NCBI GenBank assembly: GCA_963777605.1
Contig: CAVZRV010000007.1
Coordinates: forward strand, 864,001-928,000
Origin: an uncultured Acidobacteriota bacterium
GTDB taxonomy: Bacteria > Acidobacteriota > UBA6911 > RPQK01 > JAPXNP01
Direction of reading: 5' to 3'
DNA length: 64,000 nucleotides
Made by a program: the position numbers and the translations under genes
Part shown: positions 50,350 through 60,833 of the stretch, piece by piece
How the letters are laid out: each line of letters begins with the position of its first letter
Numbering within the stretch: the first letter of the stretch is position 1
Notes under the pieces: generated by a model
The model's input: the letters and a program-made list of their open reading frames with translations, nothing else
The model's database searches: none
What the model was told of the DNA's origin: nothing

Positions 50350-50661
50350 GTGACCATCACACTGGCACACGCCCTGCTGGGTATCCTTATCTCCGCAGTT
50401 GTCCTGGTCGGCGTTTTCTTCTTTACGGCTCGTTCAGCCAAACCTCTCTATCCGGTGCGTTGCGTGCACTGCTGGATGTACAACCAGAAGGAAACGGTGA
50501 TTACGCTGTCAGAGCAACGTGGCCTGTGGGGAATCTGTCCGGAGTGTGTTGAACTTTACTGGCACTTTGCTGAATCCGAGGGCCCGCAGGCGGGAGCCGG
50601 GTATTCAGCTCAAGTTCCAGGCCGGGATCGGGACCGGCAGGAAGTCGGAATCGTTCACTAA
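50350..50661 (+). CDS. Small membrane protein with a CxxC..CxxC motif
   Basis: GGAGGAGG RBS before GTG, N-terminal TM, CVHC and CPEC. Confidence 0.6.
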   Translation: MTITLAHALLGILISAVVLVGVFFFTARSAKPLYPVRCVHCWMYNQKETVITLSEQRGLWGICPECVELYWHFAESEGPQAGAGYSAQVPGRDRDRQEVGIVH

Positions 50662-50714
50662 CACGTCGATCGGGCCACCGTGCCGATAACCTGATTCCCG
50701 ACTTCAGAACCCGG

Positions 50715-51530
50715 CTAGTCGATCCAGAGACGGACAGAACTGCCGTTGGTCTTCACTTCCAGTATCTCACCCGCTTTCGAGAGCATTTCCAGAATGTTGT
50801 CCGGATTTATCCCCTCGTCCTTGAGTTCCTTCCGGGCGGCTTCAGGGAGTGCGTTCAGTGCTAACCGCGCCAGCGAGACGGGCAACGTGAGGCGGATTTC
50901 CTCTCCGTCTTCGTTCCGGAGGAGCAGGTGAAGATTTCCCCCACGGGCTGAAGTCTGGTCGGATTCTTTCTTCTCGAGCAGGCGGGGGTCGATCCTGAGA
51001 AGTGCAAGTGCGGCCTGATTCTGAACCTCCGAGTCGGAATCCCGCGACATCTTCTCCCTCAAGACCGGAATCGCCTTGCGGCTCACGCTCTTGTCGGTGA
51101 AATAGCTCAACTGGACAGCGGCCAGAAAGCGCAGGTCGGAATCGGCAGAATCGAGTGCCTCCACCACCTGGTTCGCATATTCCTTTTTCCCTGTCATGTA
51201 GAGGTGCGCCGCAATTTTCACCTGCGCAAATCCCGCTTCTTTGCGGAGCGAGGGATCGGTAGACGGAGCCTTTAGAAACTGCGCGTACCTTTGGAGAGCC
51301 TTTTCCGGCCTGCCCGACTTCTCGAGCGCTCTCGCCGCGAAGAAGTAGGAACGGGCCTTCAATTCGTCCGGCGCGTCCGACCGCTGGACTTCGTCGAGTT
51401 TTTCCAGCGCCCGTGACCACTTGCCGTCGAACATGTCGAGCATGGCCTGTTGAAAAAGGTCGGTCGGCGATTGGGCGGCAACGATCGCCGTCACGAATAC
51501 GACAAGCACAATTGCGACCGCGTGTCTCAT
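50715..51530 (-). CDS. Secreted TPR/HEAT-repeat protein, third gene of the ECF cassette
   Basis: Signal peptide, TPR-like helix pair, HEAT-like DSDLRFLAAVQL / DSEVQNQAALAL; ATGA overlap with the anti-sigma gene. Confidence 0.7.
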   Translation of the reverse strand: MRHAVAIVLVVFVTAIVAAQSPTDLFQQAMLDMFDGKWSRALEKLDEVQRSDAPDELKARSYFFAARALEKSGRPEKALQRYAQFLKAPSTDPSLRKEAGFAQVKIAAHLYMTGKKEYANQVVEALDSADSDLRFLAAVQLSYFTDKSVSRKAIPVLREKMSRDSDSEVQNQAALALLRIDPRLLEKKESDQTSARGGNLHLLLRNEDGEEIRLTLPVSLARLALNALPEAARKELKDEGINPDNILEMLSKAGEILEVKTNGSSVRLWID

Positions 51531-52231
51531 ATGCGATCCCTTTCCTGGAGGAGATGGAGTTTCATCAGTGCCGATTTGGATTCGATAACCTTCTTCCACA
51601 GGTCCACTTCCTCCTTCTTGAAACAGCCGTTCCCTTCAGCCACGTTCAGGAAGAGAAGTTCCATGTCGTCGAGCAGAGGTTTCAAGTCGGAATACTCCGG
51701 TGAGCTCAATTTCGGTTCCAACAATTTCTTCTGGAAGATCAAGCGCATCGCGATCTGCCGCTTGGCCTGGTCCTCGTCTGTGCATTCCGGGTCATCCTCG
51801 GAGAGGGCCAGCAGGAACAGTTGTGTGCGGTTGACATAGTCGAGGATGTCCGCCCGGGCCGACTCCGTCCCCAGTGCCTGCATGTACTCTTGCAACAGGA
51901 TATCCGGTGATTCCGTCCGGGCCGGGTATCTGCGCGCCACCAGGAAGACCAGCAACAGGGATGCCGCCACCGCGCCCCAGCGAAGGAAACGCCCCAGGTT
52001 GCGAGTCCGTCTCCGGGGCAGGATCATCGGCGAAGCTTCCAGAATCCGTTCCGCTTCCTGGTCAGCTTCAGCCTGATAAATCGCCAGAAGACTGCGCAAA
52101 CGACGCGCTTCAGCGTATTCCTTTCGGCAGGTGGGACACCACCGGGCATGTTCCTCGTTGAACTCCTCGATGCCTCCGAGTCCCACGGCAAAATCTTCCA
52201 GAACCGCACGGTTCTTGTCACAGATTGACAT
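51527..52231 (-). CDS. Zinc-binding (ZAS) anti-sigma factor
   Basis: HARWCPTC (HxxxCxxC), single TM WGAVAASLLLVFLV; overlaps the ECF gene. Confidence 0.8.
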   Translation of the reverse strand: MSICDKNRAVLEDFAVGLGGIEEFNEEHARWCPTCRKEYAEARRLRSLLAIYQAEADQEAERILEASPMILPRRRTRNLGRFLRWGAVAASLLLVFLVARRYPARTESPDILLQEYMQALGTESARADILDYVNRTQLFLLALSEDDPECTDEDQAKRQIAMRLIFQKKLLEPKLSSPEYSDLKPLLDDMELLFLNVAEGNGCFKKEEVDLWKKVIESKSALMKLHLLQERDRI

Positions 52232-52790
52232 AACGTTCTTCCTTGAGGTCAGCCAGGGCGACGCGCAACGACTTGAGCGCATTGTGGAGCGTGGACTTTA
52301 CGCCCCCCAGGCTCAAGCCCATCGTATCGGCAATTTCTTCCAGCTTCAGCTCTGCCAGCAGTCGCAACTGCACCACCTCTTTCTGTCTTGGTGGGAGTTC
52401 CTCGATCGCCTTCTTGACCCGGGCGTTGATCTCCTTGCGCAAAGTCCACTTTTCAGGCCCGGCCGGGCCTCCGAGGCGCCCCGGGCGTTCAACGGCTTCC
52501 AGTGGGACCGCCGCCGAGATCACTCGATACTCTCTCCCCCGGCTGCGATCGATCACGAGATTTCGTGCGACCTTGAAAATCCAGGCTGAGGCTGGAGCCG
52601 CTCCGTTGTAAAGGTGTGCCTTACCACACACCTTGAACAGCGCTTCCTGGGTCAGGTCCAGCGCTTCGTCCGGACTCTTCACCCATCCCAGCAGATATTT
52701 GAACAGACGCTTCCTGTATCGAAGCACCAGCTCCTCCGCGGCTTCTCCATCTCCGGCGCTGACGGCGCTCATGAGCTCCTGATCCGTCAT
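52218..52790 (-). CDS. ECF RNA polymerase sigma factor
   Basis: DLTQE, WIFKVARN, LPPRQKEV, EIA..GGVKSTLH. Confidence 0.92.
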   Translation of the reverse strand: MTDQELMSAVSAGDGEAAEELVLRYRKRLFKYLLGWVKSPDEALDLTQEALFKVCGKAHLYNGAAPASAWIFKVARNLVIDRSRGREYRVISAAVPLEAVERPGRLGGPAGPEKWTLRKEINARVKKAIEELPPRQKEVVQLRLLAELKLEEIADTMGLSLGGVKSTLHNALKSLRVALADLKEERYVNL

Positions 52791-52802
52791 TCAACTAGTA
52801 AG

Positions 52803-52828
52803 TACGGAGAGAACGGAGGGAAGGTTTA
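52803..52828 (-). promoter_or_regulatory. Putative autoregulatory ECF promoter (TAAACC-N16-CGTA)
   Basis: Lies 12 nt upstream of the ECF ATG; SigW-like AAC/CGTA geometry. Confidence 0.6.
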
Positions 52829-52856
52829 ACCGGCCGGACGATCGGGCGTGAAAAGC

Positions 52857-53330
52857 TCACTCCACGATTAGATCATCGGTGTTTATTTTTCGGTATTCGC
52901 GGCCCTTCTCGACAGTATCGAGAATCTGACGAAGCTTTTCGCGGGAGTCAACGGTACCGTGGAGTGCAATCTCCGTGTCGGTTACCGACATGCTCAATCC
53001 CGAAGCGAGCTTCCGCGCCGCGAGGATCTGCATCAGGGTTCTCCCGACTTCTCCATTTGGAACCTGGTTTTCCCCAACCGGCTCGGTGACTTCAGGTGAA
53101 GTCGCCTGGGGGGTGGGTGCTGCGATTGCAGGTCTTGGTTTGGGGGACTTGGCGGGCGACCTGGGAGCCGGTTCCGGTACCTTCGGTTCGGGCAGGTTTT
53201 CGAGGAAATCGAGTGGGTTTTCGGGCCGGCGTTCCGATTGGAACAGAACGTTGACCTCGGGAAGTTGGTAAACGTAATAGCCAGCCGCTCCAAGGATCAG
53301 GACGGCCACAAGCGCCCAGGCATATCGCAT
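52857..53330 (-). CDS. Membrane-anchored protein with Pro-rich linker and BON-like domain
   Basis: N-terminal TM, PEPKVPEPAPRSPAKSPKP, VTDTEIALHGTVDS..INTDDLIV. Confidence 0.6.
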   Translation of the reverse strand: MRYAWALVAVLILGAAGYYVYQLPEVNVLFQSERRPENPLDFLENLPEPKVPEPAPRSPAKSPKPRPAIAAPTPQATSPEVTEPVGENQVPNGEVGRTLMQILAARKLASGLSMSVTDTEIALHGTVDSREKLRQILDTVEKGREYRKINTDDLIVE

Positions 53331-53357
53331 TCTTTTATTCGCCGCTCCCACTCCTGG

Positions 53358-53726
53358 CTACATGAAGCCGAGTTCGAGCTTGGCGGCGTCCGACATTTTC
53401 TCCATGCTCCAGGGCGGCTCCCAGACCAACTCGACCTGAACGTCCCTCACGCCAGGCACCGCACGGACGCGGCTCTCGACTTCGCCAGGCAACGAACCCG
53501 CGACCGGGCATCCCGGAGAAGTCAATGTCATGTCGAGAGTCACCAGGCCGGACGTGGCGACTTCGAGGCGGTAAATCAAACCCAGCTCGTAGATGTCGAC
53601 CGGGATTTCGGGATCGTAGACCGAGTGAAGTGCTTCGACGACCGCCTCACGCAGTTTTTCAATCTCTCCGGGGGCCAACTCGCCCGCTTCGTTCCTGATG
53701 TTGTGCAGCCGGGTTTCGTCGCTCAC
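53358..53726 (-). CDS. sufT: SUF system DUF59 protein
   Basis: VYDPEIPVDIYELGLIY, MTLTSPGCP, WEPPW. Confidence 0.9.
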   Translation of the reverse strand: MSDETRLHNIRNEAGELAPGEIEKLREAVVEALHSVYDPEIPVDIYELGLIYRLEVATSGLVTLDMTLTSPGCPVAGSLPGEVESRVRAVPGVRDVQVELVWEPPWSMEKMSDAAKLELGFM

Positions 53727-54190
53727 GCCTTCTCCTCCGCGGAAATCGACACTTTCGCGCCCTTCTCATCGAGCGCGGAAAGGAGTGCGTGCCAGACCAG
53801 AGTGGCACATTTGACCCGGACTGGATATTCGCTGATCCGGTGAAAAACCATCAACCGCTCCAATTCCTCGTCGCCCGGATCGAGGATAGCTTTCCCCGTC
53901 ACCATGTCATGGAACTTGTGGAACAACTCGTGGGCTTCCGCAAGAGTCTTCCCCTGCAGGACCTCCGTCATGATCGAGGCAGATGCCGTCGATATGGCAC
54001 ACCCCGTTCCTTCAAAGGTGACCGCCGAGATTCGATCCCCGTCCATTTTGATGTAGACCGTGACTCGATCGCCACACAGGGGATTGTGTCCTTCTGCTTT
54101 TCCCGTAGCCTCCTCCAGGGATCCGTAGTTTCTCGGACGCCTGTTGTGATCGAGGATAACTTCCTGATAGAGATCGCTGAGTAAACTCAT
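53723..54190 (-). CDS. sufU: SUF system NifU-family protein
   Basis: LYQEVILDH, NPLCGD, GCAISTASAS, RVKCATL. Confidence 0.93.
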   Translation of the reverse strand: MSLLSDLYQEVILDHNRRPRNYGSLEEATGKAEGHNPLCGDRVTVYIKMDGDRISAVTFEGTGCAISTASASIMTEVLQGKTLAEAHELFHKFHDMVTGKAILDPGDEELERLMVFHRISEYPVRVKCATLVWHALLSALDEKGAKVSISAEEKA

Positions 54191-55488
54191 CTGCCAAATA
54201 CCTCGAAAGCCCGTTTCAAGCCCTGAACCAGCAAGTCTATCTCCTCGCGGGTGTTATAGAAAGCCAGAGAGGCTCTCGCGGTGGCCGGAATCCCAAAGAA
54301 GTCCATCACCGGTTGCGCGCAATGGTGGCCCGTCCGGATCGCCACGCCCTCCTGATCCAGAATCGTTCCGAGGTCGTGCGGATGGATCCCTTCCACCAAA
54401 AAGGAAACCACGCTGGCCTTTTGGGCGGCGGTCCCGACGATTGTCACGCCCGGGAGCGCCAACAGGGCATCTTCAGCATACGCGAGCAACTGCGTCTCAC
54501 GTTCTCGAATCCGCCCAATGCCCAGCTCACTCAGGTAGTCGACGGCGGCACCAAGACCGATAGCGCCAGCCATGTTGGGAGTGCCGGCTTCGAACTTGTA
54601 TGGAAGTTCGTTGTAGGTCGTCTTCTCGAAGGTGACCGACGCGATCATGTCTCCTCCACCCTGGTAGGGTGGCATGGCCTCGAGATGTTCTTCTTTTCCG
54701 TAGACAAAGCCAATTCCCGTCGGGCCGTACATTTTGTGTCCCGATGCAACCAGGAAATCGATGTCCAGTTCCCGGACGTCGATCTCGACATGCTGGATTG
54801 ACTGGGCGGCATCGATCAGAACCGGGACACCTGCCGCATGGGCGGTTTCAACGACCTGCCTGATCGGGTTTACCGTCCCCAGGGCGTTGGACACATGGAC
54901 GAGCGCGAGCATACGAGTGTGAGGACCGATGAGCCTCGGCAGCTCATCGAGGATCAGCTCCCCCTTCCGGTTCATGGGGATGACTTTGAGCCTTGCCCCT
55001 GTCTGCTGGCAGAGGAGCTGCCACGGGACAATGTTGGAGTGGTGCTCCATCGCTGAAATCACCACCTCATCCCCGGGAGAGAGACGCATCCTTCCGAAGG
55101 TCTGGGCGACGAGATTTACTCCCTCGGTTGCGCCTCGAACGAAAACGATCTCCCGGCTGGAGCCCGCGTTAATAAAGCGCTGCACCTTACGCCGGCTGGC
55201 CTCAAAGGCCTCGGTCGCGACTTCGCTCAGGTAGTGGACTCCGCGGTGGACATTCGCATTCTCCGCCTCATAGTAGCGGCAAACAGCGTCAATAACAGCT
55301 GATGGTTTCTGTGTCGTTGCCGCATTGTCCAGGTATGCGATACGGCGACCGCGCACCTCGAGACTGAGGATCGGAAAGTCGCCACGTATCTGCTTAATGT
55401 CCAACCCGTCCTCGACAGCCGGATCTTCCGTTCTCACTTGCTCCCAGGTCTTTTCTCCCGCGCCTTGTCCAGCCATCGCCGATTCCAC
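54187..55488 (-). CDS. sufS: Cysteine desulfurase
   Basis: YLDNAATTQKP, SGHKMYGPTG, RTGHHCAQP. Confidence 0.95.
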   Translation of the reverse strand: MESAMAGQGAGEKTWEQVRTEDPAVEDGLDIKQIRGDFPILSLEVRGRRIAYLDNAATTQKPSAVIDAVCRYYEAENANVHRGVHYLSEVATEAFEASRRKVQRFINAGSSREIVFVRGATEGVNLVAQTFGRMRLSPGDEVVISAMEHHSNIVPWQLLCQQTGARLKVIPMNRKGELILDELPRLIGPHTRMLALVHVSNALGTVNPIRQVVETAHAAGVPVLIDAAQSIQHVEIDVRELDIDFLVASGHKMYGPTGIGFVYGKEEHLEAMPPYQGGGDMIASVTFEKTTYNELPYKFEAGTPNMAGAIGLGAAVDYLSELGIGRIRERETQLLAYAEDALLALPGVTIVGTAAQKASVVSFLVEGIHPHDLGTILDQEGVAIRTGHHCAQPVMDFFGIPATARASLAFYNTREEIDLLVQGLKRAFEVFGR

Positions 55489-55521
55489 TTCGTTCCTACC
55501 TTTCCCGCTCCCGCTGCTTAG

Positions 55522-56868
55522 TCAGAAGGCCTCTTTGACCACTCTTCCCATCGGCAACCACTCGAACAGGTACTTGTCGAGCGCCACCCGCAAGGGCTCT
55601 ACTTTGACCCGGTTAACAACTTCGCTGGCAAATGCATAAATCAGGATACTCCGAGCCGCCTCGAGGGAGATGCCCCGAGCCCTCAGGTAAAAGACGCTTT
55701 CCGGGTCGAGTTGACCGATCGTGGCACCATGGGTGCATTTCACATCGTCAGCATAGATCTCCAACTGCGGCTTCGTGTGAATCAGGGCATCGTCCGACAG
55801 AAGCAGGTTGTTATTGGTCTGCTTTGAGTCGGTCTTCTGGGCACCCTTGTGAACCACGATCCGACCCCGGAATGCGCCGGTGGCCTGGTCCATCAGAATT
55901 CCCTTGTAGACCTCCCGGCTGTCGCAATGAGGGCGAGCATGTTCGATGCTCGTGAAGTTGTCGACATGGTTCTTTTTGCCGGCCAGGAACAATCCTTCCA
56001 GTTCCGCACGGCTCCCCTCGCCGTCAAGCGTCGAACCGGTGTTGTTTCTTACCAGGCCGCCCGCCAACGTCACGAGTGTCGTCCGGACGACGGCATCCCG
56101 CTTCTGGCATGACTCCACCGCTCCAATGTGGAAGGACTGCTCCGACTCCTGCTCAACTTTGTAATAGTCCACATGGGCATTGTCGAAGGCCACCAATTCG
56201 GTAACGGGATTGTTGAAATAGCTCCTGCCCTCCACCCCGAGATGGCTTTCGACGACCCGAACCTGGGCATTTCTCTCGGCAACCACGAGTACCCTGGGGT
56301 TGAGGATCGCGGAACTTTCCTCCTGGCCTGCGTTCAGGAAGACCAGTTCGACCGGCACCTCCGACACAGTGTTCTCCTTGACGTGCACCACCGCTCCATC
56401 CTCGAACAGCGCCAGGTTCAATGCGTTGAATGGGTGCTCCCGGAAAGTCGCGTAGCGTCCCAGATGATTCTCGACCAGTTCCGAATTCTGGGCGAGCGCA
56501 GTCGCCAGGCTCATCACCTCGACGCCGTCCGGAAGCCCGGTCAGATCGGAGAGTGACGGTTCAACCCGCCCGTTGGCAAACACCAGTCTCGGACAATCGA
56601 ATCCGGTAAAAAGGTGTTGGTCGAAGATCTCGGCGGCAACCTTCGGCGCAACCACACTGGCGGAGACCAGTTTGGTGCCGACGAGGGGATCCAGATTAGT
56701 GTATCTCCAGCCCTCTTCTTTTCGGTTGGGAATACCCAGCCGCTCAAAACTCGAGGCTGCCTCGCTGCGCAGGTGCGCCAGCCAGTCGGGAGAACCCGGC
56801 GGCGAGGCGGGAGATAATCCGAGCAATTGCGCCGAAGCGCGGCTTCTGTCCAGAGTAGCTTCCATCAT
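55522..56868 (-). CDS. sufD: Fe-S cluster assembly protein SufD
   Basis: WRYT, KPQLEIYADDVKCTHGAT, FYLRARG. Confidence 0.94.
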   Translation of the reverse strand: MMEATLDRSRASAQLLGLSPASPPGSPDWLAHLRSEAASSFERLGIPNRKEEGWRYTNLDPLVGTKLVSASVVAPKVAAEIFDQHLFTGFDCPRLVFANGRVEPSLSDLTGLPDGVEVMSLATALAQNSELVENHLGRYATFREHPFNALNLALFEDGAVVHVKENTVSEVPVELVFLNAGQEESSAILNPRVLVVAERNAQVRVVESHLGVEGRSYFNNPVTELVAFDNAHVDYYKVEQESEQSFHIGAVESCQKRDAVVRTTLVTLAGGLVRNNTGSTLDGEGSRAELEGLFLAGKKNHVDNFTSIEHARPHCDSREVYKGILMDQATGAFRGRIVVHKGAQKTDSKQTNNNLLLSDDALIHTKPQLEIYADDVKCTHGATIGQLDPESVFYLRARGISLEAARSILIYAFASEVVNRVKVEPLRVALDKYLFEWLPMGRVVKEAF

Positions 56869-56883
56869 CTCTTCCGCCCTCTC

Positions 56884-57660
56884 CTAGTTGGCCCCTACCG
56901 TGGATTCTTCTTCCACCCAGCCGTATCCGTGTTTCTCGAGTTCGAGCGCCAGGCTCTTGTCTCCCGACTTGACAATCCGGCCCTGGTACAACACATGAAC
57001 GAAATCGGGGACGATGTAATTGAGCAGGCGTTGGTAGTGGGTGACCACCACCAAGGCCCGTTTCGGATTGCGGAGTGAGTTGACTCCGTCCGCCACGATC
57101 TTGAGCGCGTCGATGTCCAGACCTGAGTCGGTTTCGTCCAGGATGGCCAGCTTCGGTTCCAGGACGGCCATGTGGAAAATCTCGTTTCGTTTCTTTTCTC
57201 CACCGGAAAAGCCTTCATTGACAGGCCGATTGAGGAGGCTCTCGTCCACCTTGAGGAGTTTCGCTTTCTCCTTGACCAGGCGGAGGAACTGGATGGCATC
57301 CACCTCTTGCTCTCCACGGTGCTTCCGGATCGCGTTCAATGCGGCCCGCAGAAAATAGGTGTTGCTCACTCCCGGAATCTCAACCGGGTATTGGAAAGCG
57401 AGAAAAACGCCCTCGCGGGCACGCTCTTCAGGAGCCATCTCAAGCAGGTCTTCACCATTGTAAAGGACCTGGCCCTCGGTGATCTCGTAGCCCTCACGGC
57501 CGGCCAGCACGCTGGCAAGGGTGCTCTTGCCTGACCCGTTCGGCCCCATGATGGAATGCACTTCTCCCTCTTTGACCGAGAGATCGATTCCCCGCAGGAT
57601 CTGCTTTCCTTCTGCACTGACATGTAGGTTCTTTATTTCTAACATCATGTATTTCTCCAT
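56884..57660 (-). CDS. sufC: Fe-S cluster assembly ATPase SufC
   Basis: GPNGSGKST, FQYPVEIPGV, FSGGEKKR, DETDSGLDID. Confidence 0.96.
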   Translation of the reverse strand: MEKYMMLEIKNLHVSAEGKQILRGIDLSVKEGEVHSIMGPNGSGKSTLASVLAGREGYEITEGQVLYNGEDLLEMAPEERAREGVFLAFQYPVEIPGVSNTYFLRAALNAIRKHRGEQEVDAIQFLRLVKEKAKLLKVDESLLNRPVNEGFSGGEKKRNEIFHMAVLEPKLAILDETDSGLDIDALKIVADGVNSLRNPKRALVVVTHYQRLLNYIVPDFVHVLYQGRIVKSGDKSLALELEKHGYGWVEEESTVGAN

Positions 57661-57671
57661 CCTCTTACCGG

Positions 57672-59120
57672 CTACCCAACGCTGCCTTCCAGGTTCACGC
57701 TCAGAAGCTTTTGGGCTTCGACCGCAAACTCCATCGGAAGCTCCTTGAAAACTTCCTTGCAGAATCCATTGACGATCATCGACACCGCGTCCTCGGCCGA
57801 AAGCCCGCGCTGCTGGCAGAAGAAGATCTGATCCTCACCAATTTTGGAAGTGGAGGCCTCGTGCTCCATGTGGGCGGTACTGTTCGAGATCTCGATGTAG
57901 GGAAAGGTGTGGGCTCCACACTGATCGCCGATCAGCATCGAGTCGCACTGAGTGTAGTTGCGGGCGTTGGTGGCTCCCTTCGCAATTTTGACCAACCCCC
58001 GATAGGTATTCTGCCCTTCACCGGCGGAGATCCCCTTTGAGACGATATTGCTCCGGGTATTCTTGCCGATGTGAATCATCTTGGTTCCCGTGTCTGCCTG
58101 TTGGCGCTTCTTGGTCAGGGCAACCGAGTAGAACTCGCCGATTGAGTTGTCGCCGATCAAGAGACAGCTGGGATACTTCCAGGTGATGGCCGACCCGGTT
58201 TCAACCTGCGTCCAGGAGATGTGTGAGTTGGCCCCCTGGCACTTACCCCGCTTGGTTACGAAGTTGTAGATCCCGCCTTTGCCCTGATCGTCGCCGGGAT
58301 ACCAGTTCTGGATTGTCGAGTACTTGATACTCGCGTCCTTATGGGCGACCAATTCGACAACTGCGGCGTGGAGCTGGTTCTCATCCCGCATCGGCGCAGT
58401 GCAACCCTCGAGGTAGCTCACATTACTCCCCTCGTCTGCAACGATCAGCGTGCGTTCAAACTGTCCGGTCTTCGCGGCGTTGATTCTGAAGTAGGTGGAA
58501 AGCTCCATCGGACACCTAACCCCTTTCGGGATGTAGCAGAACGACCCGTCGCTGAAGACTGCAGCGTTGAGAGCGGCAAAGAAATTGTCGGAATAGGGAA
58601 CGACCGTGCCGAGGTACTTTCGCACCAAGTCGGGATGCTCCCGTAGCGCCTCACTCATCGCACAAAAGATGATGCCCTGCTCGGCCAGCTTCTTCCGGAA
58701 TGTGGTCGCCACGGACACGCTGTCGAAAACGGCGTCGACCGCCACCCCTGCAAGAATCTCCTGCTCCTCCAGGGGAATGCCCAGCTTGCGGTAGGTGTCA
58801 ATGAGCTCGGGGTCCACTTCTTCCAGGCTCTTCGGCCCGCCCTTCTTCTGCCTGGGCGCCGAGTAGTAAACGATGTCCTGGTAGTTGATTTTCGGGTAGT
58901 GCAGGAATGCCCACCGAGGCTCCTCCATCTTCAGCCACTGTCCATACGCTTTCAGGCGCCACTCCAGCATCCACTCCGGCTCTCCCTTTCTGGTCGAAAT
59001 GGCCCGGATGACGTCTTCATTCAGTCCCGGTGGCAGTGCATCCGCCTCGATGTCAGTGATGAATCCGTATTTATATTCTTCTTCTGCAAGCCGCTGAAGA
59101 TCTTGAGTGTCGATTCCCAT
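57672..59120 (-). CDS. sufB: Fe-S cluster assembly protein SufB
   Basis: [39 protein letters not shown]. Confidence 0.97.
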   Translation of the reverse strand: MGIDTQDLQRLAEEEYKYGFITDIEADALPPGLNEDVIRAISTRKGEPEWMLEWRLKAYGQWLKMEEPRWAFLHYPKINYQDIVYYSAPRQKKGGPKSLEEVDPELIDTYRKLGIPLEEQEILAGVAVDAVFDSVSVATTFRKKLAEQGIIFCAMSEALREHPDLVRKYLGTVVPYSDNFFAALNAAVFSDGSFCYIPKGVRCPMELSTYFRINAAKTGQFERTLIVADEGSNVSYLEGCTAPMRDENQLHAAVVELVAHKDASIKYSTIQNWYPGDDQGKGGIYNFVTKRGKCQGANSHISWTQVETGSAITWKYPSCLLIGDNSIGEFYSVALTKKRQQADTGTKMIHIGKNTRSNIVSKGISAGEGQNTYRGLVKIAKGATNARNYTQCDSMLIGDQCGAHTFPYIEISNSTAHMEHEASTSKIGEDQIFFCQQRGLSAEDAVSMIVNGFCKEVFKELPMEFAVEAQKLLSVNLEGSVG

Positions 59121-59142
59121 AGTATCTCCTCTACAGTGGTTG

Positions 59143-59637
59143 TCAGGCCACTCCTGCCGTTTCCTTCACGGGGCCATCGGACTCGGAATCTCCGGCGCTC
59201 AGGTCGCCCAAAGTTACCCAGCCGTCCGGCAACGGTTCGATCATGTCCTGAAGAGTAATGGCATCCAGAACATTCTTGATTGCGTAGTTCACTTGTTCCC
59301 AGTTGGCCTTGACTGGGCATACCTTCTGCTGGCGGCATCCTCCGCCGTCATCCAGACACTCCGTGACCGCGATCGGACCTTCAACCGCAATGAGCACCTC
59401 CGCAACCGAGATGTGCTCCGGCTTCCGAGCCAGGCTGTATCCGCCACTCGGGCCCCGATGAGACAGGAGAAGGCCTTCCCGGGCCAGGGCCTTGAGCACC
59501 TTGCTGACCATCGGAAGAGGCAGCCGGGTCTGTCGAGCCAGCTCCCGGGCGCTCAGGTTTCTTTTCCGCTCAACTGAACGAACGAACTGGGTCATCAGAA
59601 CCAGTCCATAGTCAGCCTGTTTGCTCATGCGGATCAC
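59143..59637 (-). CDS. Rrf2-family SUF system regulator
   Basis: [20 protein letters not shown], three Cys in [16 protein letters not shown]. Confidence 0.9.
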   Translation of the reverse strand: MIRMSKQADYGLVLMTQFVRSVERKRNLSARELARQTRLPLPMVSKVLKALAREGLLLSHRGPSGGYSLARKPEHISVAEVLIAVEGPIAVTECLDDGGGCRQQKVCPVKANWEQVNYAIKNVLDAITLQDMIEPLPDGWVTLGDLSAGDSESDGPVKETAGVA

Positions 59638-59661
59638 GCTCGATCAACCTCCGGGATTATA

Positions 59662-59680
59662 TAGTACCTTTTTGGTACTA
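59662..59680. promoter_or_regulatory. Palindromic candidate Rrf2 operator
   Basis: TAGTACC-TTTTT-GGTACTA perfect 7-5-7 inverted repeat just upstream of the suf operon. Confidence 0.6.
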
Positions 59681-59723
59681 ATTGATGCTACGAGCTTAGC
59701 AATCGTTTCAGAACTTTGTCAAT

Positions 59724-60767
59724 TCAGCGTGCGGTCGGGAGCGAGCCGGGTGCGAAATACCCTTTTCGAGTGCTCACCACCACCCCGCCTCGAGAGACTT
59801 TCACGTCCAGGCTGCGCCAGGAACCATCCCGGTCCTGGTTGGTGGGAACGTAGGAAAGGTAGTACTGATTGCGGAGCTCGTCAGCTACCTGCTGGTAGAG
59901 GTCGGTCAAGTTGTAGAAATCCGAGGTGTCGAGAAGGCGGCCCCCACTCAGGTTGGCCAGCCGGCGCAGCTGGACTTTCCGTTCCCGGATGTAGTCGTCC
60001 TGAAGCTCCTTGGGAATCGGCTGCAGCCTCGACTGCATCTGCTGTCGCGCTTGGATTGCAAACGCTCGGTACTCGTCAACCTTCGAGACGATGTAGACCA
60101 TAGTGTCGGATCGAAGAGCCCGATTCATGGCTTCGTCAAAAGTGGTCATGCTGCCGGTGTCGATTCCGTCCGTAAGGAGAATAACCGCGGTTTTCCCTTC
60201 CTGTCCGGCCAGCAAATCATCGAACGTGACGTAGAGGGCGTCATTCAGCACCGTGTTGCCCCGGGCATAGATAGTCTCAAGGGCCAGTTTGACGTCATCG
60301 AACTTGTTCGTGAAATCGAGGATGAGCTTGGCCTGGGCATTGAAGGTGATTACGGCCACTTGGTCTTCGGGATTGAGCCTCTTGACAAACTCGAGTGCGG
60401 CGTTACGGATGTCGGCCTGGGAGTATCGGGTGCTTCCGCTTGCGTCGATCAAGAGAACAACCTTGACCGGAACTTTCTCGCTGTAGAAGTTGACGATCTT
60501 CTGCAGGCGCCCGTCCTCGAAAACCATGAAATCCTTATCCGTGAGCCCCTGAACGAATCCGCCGTTGACAGAACGGGCGCTGACGGAAAGAAACACCTGG
60601 TTTACCGCGACTCCAATCCGATAGCCCTGGTCCTGGTCGGCCGGCGGATTGGTCTTGTCCGTTTCCTGTGTCTGCTGTTCAGCAGGCGGCTTCTCCTGCG
60701 TCTGGGCAGGTTGTTGCAGTCCAAGAGTTGAGAAGAGCAGCAAAAAGGGAATCAACACAGAAGTCAT
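59724..60767 (-). CDS. Secreted VWA-domain protein (acidobacterial VWFA type)
   Basis: DFMVFEDG, DASGS MIDAS, LLTDGID, SGGR, ELRNQYYLSYVP, RKGYFA. Confidence 0.88.
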   Translation of the reverse strand: MTSVLIPFLLLFSTLGLQQPAQTQEKPPAEQQTQETDKTNPPADQDQGYRIGVAVNQVFLSVSARSVNGGFVQGLTDKDFMVFEDGRLQKIVNFYSEKVPVKVVLLIDASGSTRYSQADIRNAALEFVKRLNPEDQVAVITFNAQAKLILDFTNKFDDVKLALETIYARGNTVLNDALYVTFDDLLAGQEGKTAVILLTDGIDTGSMTTFDEAMNRALRSDTMVYIVSKVDEYRAFAIQARQQMQSRLQPIPKELQDDYIRERKVQLRRLANLSGGRLLDTSDFYNLTDLYQQVADELRNQYYLSYVPTNQDRDGSWRSLDVKVSRGGVVVSTRKGYFAPGSLPTAR

Positions 60768-60833
60768 TATACCTGTCCCGCGGGCACTGCCCGGCAGGTC
60801 CGTCCCGCCGTTCGCGCGCTTTGTCCCAACTCC

